Below are positions 24,201 through 36,200 of a DNA stretch of 64,000 nucleotides, in pieces. The stretch is from Tubiluchus corallicola (taxonomy: Eukaryota; Animalia; Priapulida), in contig JAQGDQ010000343.1 in NCBI GenBank assembly GCA_030141605.1, forward strand, positions 124,001 to 188,000, written 5' to 3'. Below the pieces are notes generated by a model. The model ran no database searches, was not told where the DNA came from, and worked only from the letters and a program-made list of their open reading frames with translations. A program made the position numbers and the translations under genes. How positions within the stretch are numbered: position 1 is the first letter of the stretch; every line of letters begins with the position of its first letter.

Positions 24201-27200
24201 TATCATACTGTAGCAGTACTTACTGAACTATCTAATCTTCTAGTTGTCATAGCTCTCATGAAGTACAAGCACTTGGAAGAACACAAGAACTGGTACATAT
24301 GTAGCTTGGCTATTATCGACATGCTAGCTGGTATACATCTACATGTAGTTGCACATAGAATCTGGCAGTGGAATGGAATGGTGTCAAAAACTGAATGCTT
24401 GTTAGTGTACTATATTGCTGCAATTTTTATAAATACCTCAGCAATAACATTGCTTGCTGTCACAATAGACCGTTTTATCGCTATAAAATATCCTCTCAGA
24501 TATGACTCTCTGATGAGAAGATGGTTGGTCCAGCTTATTATTATTGCTTCATGGTTGTATTCATTTAGTGTAAGTGCTCTTGTGTATTATCAAGATAATT
24601 GGGAAGGTCAATGTATATGGGAGAACATTATTAACCAAGATGTGCTCCTGCTGTTTTCCATTCAGCAGTTGATCATTGCAACTGTGTTGTTACTTATCAA
24701 TGCCAACATCATGTGCATTGCACGAAGACACATGCGCCGGATTGAACCAGATGCATCAAGATCGTATAAACACATCGTGAAATCAGCCAAGATGATCAGT
24801 TTAGTTGTTGGCACTTTCATGTTCTGCTGTTTTCCTCAAATCTTTATCAATATAATCGTTGCATGCAATCGGCTTTATAAGATACCTCCATTGATTGTTC
24901 ATATTTGTAATGCGCTACTATTCAGCAATTCATTTATGAATCCAATAATTTATTCATGGAAAAATAAAGAGCTTCGGGAATCATTCAAGAAAGTGCTTCA
25001 CTGGGACAGATTAAAGGCATTCTTTAGAAGAAACTCCCAGAATTAGTGGGCCCTGATATTATTAAAATACATTATCAATGATGCTTACTCTATTCAATAC
25101 ATTTTGATTTTGCATAAGTGCACAAAAGATTAATAATGATAAAAATGTTGAACAACAGCTAGTAAACAGCCGTTACCTACTAAATGAAATCTGTTACAAC
25201 GTTACTGTAAGTACTGATTAAATTCCATGTAATGTTGTACTCGTTTGCCATGGCAATGGTTTGGTTTTCAAGCAATATGGCTGGGTGTTCGAACAGTAGT
25301 GACGACATTTTTTCTAGGGAAGAAATAGCTTGTAATCGAAAACGAGATTTCTCATAAGTGATTACAATATATTTTGACTGATACAGCATTGCAAATTATA
25401 GGAGATTTTACCACTTTGACTGGTAATAAGTACCAGTAAACTTTTAGCCTGTAATTTTAGACCTTTGAATAAATGGTATTTGTTTGTAAACTGTCGTTGT
25501 GGAGTTAGAACAGTATGGTATATTATGTTTAGAAACACATAATTAATTAAATTTTAAAACCAAACTTGAAAGACAGGAAATCTGAAAAAATTGTGATGGT
25601 GCCTTCGTCATAATTTTTTCTTTATTTGTTTGTATTCGTGTTTTGGGCAGCTGATTTCATGGCTAATTGGTCCTTCTCTATCATTTCTCCTATATCCTGA
25701 GACATTTTCTGACATCTTTATACTTATATTTCTTCTGAATTATTTCATATGTGTAATTAATTACTGTTTTATCACGTATTTGAGGATATAAATAAAATAA
25801 TGTCTATGTACATGTTACAATATTTGTTATAATTGCACTGGTCTAATTATGATATTATCTGAATACCTTTGCACTGACTCAAGTTAGGGGCTTATAATTG
25901 CTGCAGTGAAAAATCAATATTTTATATGCAGTACTAATTGTCTTTGATTGCATTTTATAGCAATGAAATGTATCAGCCATTCAAAACACAATGCGATATA
26001 TAAATTTGTAATAAGCCTATTGTTATTCCAATCTTTTGCATCCAAAAACTATATTTAATGGTTAATGTTTGATGTACTTTTGTGATGACAAGTGCAGTTT
26101 AATAATTGATAAGCTGTATCATTAATAGAATTATCAATTTGTGACACAATGATTGTGATAATGTACTGCCTAGACAAACATATCGGCAGGATTTACATTC
26201 AATCTAGTGGTGGAGGTGCGATATATTTTATTTGAGGTATCGATTATGAAGAGGCTCTTTCTTTATAACCATCGTAACATATTGTATTATTGCTAGACAT
26301 TATCAAAGGCATTATAACACATTTACAAGGTGTTACTGTAAACGAAACCGTTATTGATTGTGTTGATATCTCATGCAATTATTTGCTGAGAACACATAAC
26401 AAGGTTTAGAGAATGTGTTTGAGTAAAAGTTTTACACATCTATTCTCAGTAATTATGGAATCTGATGCAGATTCGTGCGATCTGTGGTGTCAGTGGAAGA
26501 GAAACGATACTGAAATGACTTCGATTTCCAATGGTTGGCCCAGATTACGAAGCATAGCTATATATCACACTACGGCAGTTCTTATTGAACTGTCTAATCT
26601 TCTAGTTGTTGTAGCTCTCGTGAAGTACAAGCACTTGGAAGAACACAAGAACTGGTACATATGTAACTTGGCTGTTGCTGACATGTTAACTGGTGTATTT
26701 CTACATGTACTTACATATGCAGTCTGGCAACAGAAAAGCAAGATATCTCACAGTGAATGTTTGTTGTTGTATCACTTTAGTTCTGCTTTTCTATACGTCT
26801 CAGCAACAATGTTGCTTGCTGTCACAATAGATCGTTTTATTGCCATAAAATATCCTCTCAGATACAACCATCTGATGAAAAGATGGTTAGTTCAGCTTAT
26901 TATTATTGCTTCATGGTTGTACTCATTTAGTGTAAGTGCTCTTGTGTATCATCAAGATAATTGGGAAGGTCAATGTATATGGGAGAACATTGTTAACCAA
27001 GATGTGCTCCTGCTGTTTTCCATTCATCATCTGATCATTGCAACCGTCATCATGTGCATTGCACGAAGACACATGTGCCGGATTGAACCAGATGCAGCAA
27101 GATCGTACAAGCACATCGTGAAATCAGCCAAGATGATCAGTTTAGTTGTTGGTACTTTCATGTTCTGCTGTTTTCCTCAAATCTTTATCAATATAATCTT

Positions 27201-30200
27201 TGCATACAATCGGCTTTATAAGATACCTCCATTCATTCTGGATATTTGCACTGCGCTGATATTCAGCAATTCATTTATGAATCCAATAATTTATTCATGG
27301 AAAAATAAAGAGCTTTGGGAATCATTCAAGAAAGTGCTTCACTGGGACAGATTAAAAACATTTTTTAGAAGAAACTCCCACAATTAGTAGGACTGCTGTT
27401 ATTAAAATACATTATCAGTGATGCTTGGCTGTTCAATTTATTTTGATTTTGCGAAAGTGCACTAAAGATTAATAATGATAAAAATGTTGAACAACAGCTA
27501 GTAAACAGCCATTACCTACTAAATGAAACCTGTTACAACGTTACTATAAGTACTGATTAAATTCCATGTAATGTTCGACTAGTTTGCCATGGCAATGGTT
27601 TGGTTTTCAAGCAATATGGCTGGGTGTTCGAACAGTAGTGACGTTTTTTCTAGGAAAGAAATAGCTAGTAATCGAAAACGAAATTTCTCATAAGTGATTA
27701 CAACATATTTTGACTGATACAGCATTGCAAATTATAGGAGATTTTACCACTTTGACTGTCAGTAAGTACCAGTAAACTTTTAGCCTGTAATTTTAGACCT
27801 TTGAATGAATTGTATTTGTTTTTAAACTGTTGTTGTGGAGTTAGAACAGTATGGTATATTATGTTTAGAAACATATAATTAATTAAATTTTAAGACCAAA
27901 CTTGAAAGATGAAAGTTGTACAAAAATTAACAAAAGTACAACCGTCTAGTGAATACATTTGCGCTAAATAATGTAAGCTTATAAAAAATCATGTTCAAAA
28001 GTAAATGCTTTGAGCTTTGGATCTGACAGGGGTACTTTTCTTTGAAGCTGAATGACCAGTTGGTCATTGACCAGTTAGTCTTCATGCTCTCATTCATCCA
28101 AATGTTGAGGTACATGGAACTATCACAGCCAAAATGAGGTAACTTATATTTTTTCTTATTTTTTTGAGCCATTTCTATGTACTTTGTCGATTTTGGTTAC
28201 TAGGGAGCCCTGCACATTAGGTAACAGTGCTCAGCGACATCACTGGCTTAAATGTAATAAGTACTGCTGCTCCTCCCTTGTAGACTTGAGGTTCTCATTG
28301 AGTAAGTTAGTTGATATTCTCATAACAAGTTGAGCTTATTTAGACAGCATCTGTTCTGACTGATGCATACTATTTGAAACTGGTACTGTTTATGCGTATT
28401 AACTTCCGTACTTTCCCACTTTGTCTTGTATTAATCCTAGCTTGTGGTGCTTCCGTATTTTACATTAAATATTGGCATTAAACTGTTGTTGTCTATGTGC
28501 TTTCAACTGTACTCAAACAGATCAAAATCCATTCTATATCGTTTATGTAACAATTTGATGTTTCTCTTTGGAATATCACTAAAGTATTTCAGGTACTTTG
28601 TTGTTGACTGTCTCTCGTGTTCTTTCAATGATTCATTTTTGCTTGGAAAATGGATGCTGCTGCTAAGATTTAGTTTATTGATAATGAAGCTGGCATCCCT
28701 TTCTAATGTCTCGTATTTACCAATGAAGCTGTAATTAGTCCGACACGGATTGCACAGGTCCACGTACGAGTCCCAATGTTCGTTGCCTACAACTGCGTCC
28801 GGATCTACGACATATTTGACAAATTCACTAAACTTTGTATCGCTTCCGCTTTCCAGAGATGATCTGGTTGCATTTTTGCGGTAATGCTTGATCATTGCTC
28901 GTCCATACGACTTGTGAAACTCAACGTCTTCGAAAGACTGAAATTTGTCTCGATAAGCCGATGCAAGTCGATCAAACGGGTGGCGGACAAATACAAATTT
29001 GAAGTAGGTGCTCAATATATTTTCCTGAGTTTCTGCTGAGTAAAAGGATAGATTTGGCAAAACATAGGTGTGGATGCCCTTTCTGGGAACATTCTCAAAT
29101 AACTGGTAAGCTTTTTGGTGTAGGAGAAATTCCATTATTCTCTTCCAGTTCGTCGTTGCAACCTTTGGCACATTACAGTAGAGGATTTTGCGTCTGTGGT
29201 TGACGATCATGTGTTCCTTGTTGTGTTTGGTCAGTTCCGGCGGATTGTTGCCATATTTCCTTTCACATATCTGGCTCACACGTAAATGCCTGTTTTCATA
29301 TTCTTGTGTAGATGAGGATATTTTGAATTCACCAATACTTATTTCTGGAAGTCTTACTTGAAGTCTCCTTAAATGACTGTGTTTTGTTATACTGCCATTT
29401 AAGATACCATATACGTGCTCTTGTCGAACGACACTTGGAAACTGTTGAAAAATGAAAGAACTCGCAAGAAAGGTGAACAGTAGAAAAAGTGCTAGAAGCA
29501 GCTTCTTTGGTTCATTGCTGTCTCCATGATGCATGCTCAGATTATGTTTCAGCAGTTCTTGGTGTATCAGTTGTTATGTCCTCTCGGCATTTGGTTTGTG
29601 AATACAACCGCATCTTCTCAATGGTTTTGTACAGCAATCTGAAAAACATTTCATAGAGTCTTTTTAGTTTAGAGAAATAAAGCTGTCCAGAAGGTTTGGC
29701 TTTGAAATAGGCTTGTTGTACATGTGTCTTCCGCCAGAAACGATGTCTGGTGTAATGGGCTAACTCTTATTTGCTGTAACAACTTATGCAGTGACGTACT
29801 CATGATACTACCTGACCTATGACAGACTCGACTGTGCATTTTTTGAATGCTGTTTTTACCACGATGCACATTTACCACATAACTGCCCACAAACAATTCG
29901 GTTCACATTAAAAGCACATAAATTAGAACATAGATGCTCCTTTCTTCACATCATTTTAACTCAAAAAAAGTTTTTACTGGTAGAAAAGATGTGGTACGAT
30001 TGTTTCTTGTTCTATGAGTCTTTACTAAACTCATGTTGTGTCACTTAAGTGAATCTTCTGTAAGCTGTGTTGACAGGTGCAATTTATGATGTAATGTCCA
30101 TACCAGAATTTCTTTGTGTTTATTCAAGTTAGTGGTTTGTATTTGTTCAGGTACAATGCCATCATTGTTTTATTTGGATTCCTAATTATCAACAGATGGC

Positions 30201-33200
30201 TTTTAAAGCTGACAAAGTACATTAATTTATAGACAGCATAAAAGTGACAGGTTAGGCATGATGAAGCATTATGAAAAGTAAAACTCATAATGTTCGAGTT
30301 GATCGATGCAATTTATCATTGTGAAGTCACCCACAATGAGAAGATGCAGACATGACTGTGTACAGTTAGTAGGAAAATAATATGGAGTCTGAACCAGAAT
30401 CTTGGGACGGATGGTCTCAATGGAATGGAAACCATAGTGAACAGCATTTGATTTCCAATGGTTCGTCCAATTCAGCAAGGACATTTGTTTATCATACTGC
30501 AGCATTACTTATTGAACTATCTAATCTTCTAGTTGTTATAGCTCTTGTGAAGTACACAAGAACTGGTACATATGTAGCTTGGCTATTATCGACATGCTAG
30601 CTGGTATACAACTACATGTGGTTACACATAGAATCTGGCTGTGGAATGGAATGGTTTCAAAAACTGAATGCTTCTTAGTGCTCTACATTGCTGCAATGTT
30701 TATAAATACCTCAGTAATAACATTGCTTGCTGTCACAATAGACCGTTTTATCGCTATAAAATATCCTCTTAGATATGACTGTCTGATGAGAAGATGGTTA
30801 GTCCAGCTTATTATTATTGCTTCATGGTTGTATTCATTTAGTGTAAGTGCTCTTGTGTATTATCACGATAATTGGGAAGGTCAATGTATATGGGAGAACA
30901 TTGTTAACCGAGGTGTGCTCCTGCTGTTTCCCATTCATCAGTTGATCATTGCAACTGTGTTGTTACTCATCAATGCCAACATCATGTGCATTGCACGAAG
31001 ACACATGCGCCGGATTGAACCAGATGCAGCAAGATCGTACAAGCACGTCGTGAAATCAGCCAAGATGATCAGTTTAGTTGTTGGTACTTTCATTTTTTGT
31101 TGTTTTCCTCAAATCTTTATCAATATAATTGTTGCATGCAATCGGCTTTACAAGATACCTCCATTCATTTTTCATATTTGTAATGCACTACTATTCAGCA
31201 ATTCATTTATGAATCCAATAATTTATTCATGAAAAAATAAAGAGCTTCGGGAATCATTCAAGAAAGTGCTTCACTGGGACAGATTAGAAGCGTTCTTTAG
31301 AAGAAACCCCGGCAATTAGTAGGACTGCTGTTATTAAAATACGTTATCAATGATGCTTACTCTATTCAACACATTTTGATTTTGCATAAATGCACTAAAG
31401 GTTAGTAATGATAAAAATGTGAAACAACAGCTAGTAAACAGCCATTACCTACTAAATGAAACCCATTACAACGTTACTGTAAGTACTGATTAAATTTCAT
31501 GTGATGTTGGACTCGTTTGCCATGGGAATGGTTTGGTTTTCAAGCAATATGGCTGGGTGTTTGAACAGTAGTGACGACATTTTTTCTAGGGAAGAAATAG
31601 CTAGTAATCGAAAACGAAATTTCTCATGAGTGATTACAATATATTTTGACTGATACAGCATTGCAAATTATAGGAAATTTTACCACTTTGACTGGTAATA
31701 AGTACCAGTAAACTTTTAGCCTGTAATTTTAGACCTTTGAATAAATGGTATTTGTTTTTAAACTGTCATTGTGGAGTTAGAACAGTGTGGTATATTATGT
31801 TTAGAAACACATAATTAATTAAATTTTAAGACCAAACTTGAAAGACAGGAAATCTGAAAAAAATGGGATGCAGTCTTAGTCATTATTTTTTCTTTATTTG
31901 TTTATTTCATGTTATGTTGTTGTTGCTGTTACGTAGTTAATCAAATAGTTTCATTATATGTTCTGTTGTCTTAATTTTTTAATTACTGCTCTATTATAAT
32001 GTGTTCAGTTTACTCTATTAAATTTGGCTGTAGTTACATTTTTTCATTAATCTAATCTGAGATGGGCAGCTGATTTGATGGCTAATTGGTCCTTCTCTAT
32101 CATTTCTCCTATATCCTGAGACATTTCTGACATCTTTATACATATTTCTTCTGAATTATTTTATATGTGAAATTAATTACTATTTTAGCATGTATTTGAG
32201 GATATAAATAAAATAATGTCTACGTATATGTTACAATATTTGTTATAATTGCACTGGTCTAATTATGATATTATCTGAATGTCGTTGCACTTACTCAAGT
32301 TACTAGCTTATAATTGTTGCAGTGCAAAATCAATTTTATATGCAGAACTAATTGTCTTTGATTGCATTTTATAGCCATGAAATGTATCAGCCATTCAAAA
32401 CACACTGCAATATGTAAATTTGAAATAAGCCTTTTCTTATTCACATCTTTTTTCATCCAAAACCAGAGAAGAAACTGTATTTAACGGTGGACAAAATGTC
32501 GAGAGAATGTCTTTCATTGGAAATATGTTTAATCAGTATCGAGTTGACAAGTGCAGTTTAATAATTAATAAGCTGTATCAATTATTAATATTATCAATCT
32601 ATCACACAATGTTGGTAATATTGTCCTGCCTAGACAAACATATCCGCAGAATTTTCATTCAATCAAGTGGTGGAGGTGCGATATATTTTATTTGCGGTAT
32701 CGATTATGAAGAGGCTCTTTCTTTATTACCAACGTAACTTATTGTATAAGTGCTAGACATTATCAAAGGCATTATAACAGATTTACAAGGTGTTACTGTA
32801 AACGAAACCCTTGATTGTGTTGATAGCTCATGCAGTTTATCACTGAAAGCACATATAACAAGGTTTAGAGAATGTGTTAGAGAAATAGGGAAATAAAAGT
32901 CTTACACATCTATTCTCAGTAATTATGGAATCTGAAGCAGATTCTTGTGATCCGTGGTGCCAGTGGAAGAGAAACGATACTGAAATGATTTCTATTTCCA
33001 ATGGTTGGCCCAGATTACCAAGCATAGCTATATTTCATACTACGGCAGTACTTATTGAACTGTCTAATCTTCTAGTTGTTGTAGCTCTCGTGAAGTACAA
33101 GCACTTGGAAGAACACAAGAACTGGTACATATGTAACTTGGCTGTTGCTGACATGCTAACTGGTGTATTTCTACATTTAGTTACACATAGAATCTGGCAG

Positions 33201-36200
33201 TGGTCTGGAAGGGTGTCAAAAACTGAATGCTTGTTACTGTGTTACTTTTCTGCAGTTTTTGTAAATGCCTCAGAAGCAACATTACTTGCTGTGACATTAG
33301 ACCGTTTTATCGCCATAAAATATCCTCTCAGATACAACCATCTGATGAGAAGATGCTTAGTTCAGCTTTTTATTATTGCTTCTTGGTTGTACTCATTTAG
33401 TGCAAGTGTTCTTGTGTATCATCATGATAATTGGGAAGGTCCATGTATAGTAACTTATGTTATTAGCCAGGATCTGCTCCTGCTGTTTTCCACTCAGCAG
33501 CTGATCATTGCAACTGTGCTGTTACTTATCAATGCCAACATCATGTGCATTGCACGAAGACGCATGTGCCGGATTGAACCAGATGCAGCAAGATCGTACA
33601 AGCATATCGTGAAATCAGCCAAGATGATCAGTTTAGTTGTTGGTACTTTCATTTTCTGCTGTTTTCCCCTCAATGTTATCAATATAATCACTGCATACAA
33701 TCGGCTTTACAAGATACCTCCATTCATTGTGGATATTTGCACTGCGCTGATGTTCAGCAATTCATTTATGAATCCAATAATTTATTCATGGAAAAATAAA
33801 GAGCTTCGGGAATCATTCAAGAAAGTGCTTCACTGGGACAGATTAAAAGCATTTTTTAGAAGAAACTCCCACAATTAGTAGGCACTGGTGTTGATATATA
33901 TTTGGCAGTGTTTACTCTAGTGAATAAAATTAGATTTTGCAAATTAATGCTTAATACAAATAAGGGCAAGAATGTGACTTCAGCCATTACATATTAAGCA
34001 AAATCTATTATATTTGTCAACAAGTACGATAGTAATTAAATTTTATGTCAAGCTGCACTCGTTTACCAACACAAAAGATGGACATTTGCATAAATAGTGG
34101 AAATATTTTTCTGGAATTACAGAGTCAGATAACATCGATGATGAACTCTTTTGCTTCGCTAAACCGCAAACTCGAAGGTATCAGCAGACGACACCTAGAG
34201 AACTCACTGGACTTAAACAAATGCTTTCAATTAGCTACTGCTGTTTTATGAGGTTCTGATTTTTGTACAGCCATGACAGTTCGAATTCTCAAGTACCTAC
34301 GAAACATTATAATCGTATGAACGTTTTTGTTAGTTTTGAAGAATTATTGACATATATTTAAACAAAGGTGTCACAGACTCACTATGAAAGGTTAGCGAGG
34401 AACCTAATAACTTTTACATAGTTCTATTCTTACATATATATCTTGAAAGGCTGAGGCAGCACTTACTGTTTTTTTATTTATCATGTGCTTATTTAGTGCT
34501 GTTTTTGCTTCATCATTTGGTGATGGTCCTTGTGTTGATTTAGTGGACTCTCCGGGCTCACAGACTTATGGAGTGAAAGTGATGGGTAATGCTTGTGTTT
34601 AGAGTGCAGGGACATTAATGGGCATCTAAGGATGAATGTCTTGATTTTTAATCAATTGGTCAATGCTCCCGAACTTTGCAAAACTGCAGTTCATTTATGA
34701 TTCTAAAATTTAGTGGAAAAAAAACTTAATTGGATTTCGAGTTGGATTCGAAATCTCAAAATTCGGTTTGTTTAGAGTTTGAAAGTCCCATTCGAAAATT
34801 CGATTTGATTCAAATTTGCTTTCTGGTAGAGAATTCTCACCCCTAATATTCACATCACCTTACACTTGAATCGCTGCTACTTTTTTATGGTGCATCTCTA
34901 TTGCGAGATTTCTTGTTACAGGCCTGGTATGGAATTTGTGTGAATTTTGTTGTGTGAGTGTTGTATTTTTTCCAAGAATTTACATGATTTCTAGGTAAAA
35001 AGCTATTTACTATATGAACTTTTTAACTCCCCACGCACATGAAATCATACCAAGTCTATTGAAAATGCACATCAATCATACCAAGTCTATTGAAAATGCA
35101 CAGGCAATCATGCCAAGTCTACTGTACATGCACAGACAATCATACCAAGTCCACTGTACATGCACAGGCAATCATGCCAAGTCTACTGTACATGCACAGA
35201 CAATCATACCAAGTCCACTGTACATGCACAGGCAATCATACCAAGTCTATTGTACATGCACAGGCAATCATGCCAAGTCTATTGAAAATGCACAGGTAAT
35301 CATACCAAGTCTACTGCACATGCAATCATGCCAAGTCTACTGTACATGCACAGGTAATCATACCAAGTCTACTGCACATGCACAGGCAATCATACCAAGT
35401 CTACTGTACATGCACAGACAATCATACCAAGTCCACTGTACATCCACAGGTAATCATACCAAGTCTACTGCACATGCACAGGCAATCATGCCAAGTCTAT
35501 TGAAAATGTACAGGTAATCATACCAAGTCTACTGTACATGCACAGGTAATCATACCAAGTCTACTGCACATGCACATGCAATCATGCCAAGTCTACTGTA
35601 CATGCACAGGTAATCATACCAAGTCTACTGCACATGCACAGGCAATCATGCCAAGTCTACTGTACATGCACAGACAATCATACCAAGTCCACTGTACATG
35701 CACAGGCAATCATGCCAAGTCTACTGCACATGCACATGCAATCATACCAAGTCTACTGTATGTACACATGCAATCATACCAAAGCTGCTGTTCATACACA
35801 GGCAGTCATGCCAAGACTACCGTATGTGCACAGGTAATCATACCAAGTCTACTGCACATGCATATGCAATCATACCAAGTCTACTGTACACATGCACAGG
35901 TAATCAAGAATACAGTGCAGAGATTGCGCGTGGCGGACGTGACACGTGGCTCCCGTGGCAGTGCGGCACGTTGCCATATAGCCTGATTGTGTGATCCTTG
36001 ATAGGCGGAGCGCATTTTATAGGGGAAGGGGGTAAAGGGAAATTTGAGGGCACATGCAGGTACATGGAATGTTCAACAATTTCACTTTCGTTTACACGTA
36101 CGGGAATTAAAAATTAAAGGAACGAATGATGTGTCGCAAAAAACACTGCCGAATCATCTTTCAAGCAACAAGCAAATCCTACCTTTAAATTTTAGAAAAT

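Larger units (their letters stand above)
16101..33890. repeat. Tandem segmental duplication array of the sulfotransferase-GPCR-A-GPCR-B unit
   Basis: Non-coding flanks are duplicated with the genes: 16101.. matches 27909..; 17557.., 23627.. and 29915.. match; 25050.., 27390.. and 31320.. match; 19100-19641, 25920-26403 and 32335-32862 match. Confidence 0.92.

Noticed and set aside
26413-26454. 14-aa N-terminal extension of GPCR B1
   Set aside because: Not open in paralog B2; a splice acceptor lies just before ATG 26455
18023-33878. Naming the GPCRs as adenosine, histamine or octopamine receptors
   Set aside because: Only generic class A motifs; no TM3 Asp or family-specific residues; orthology not supportable without a tree
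35014-35994. Cys/His-rich repeat ORFs
   Set aside because: Frames of the 32-bp minisatellite; unit length is not a multiple of 3
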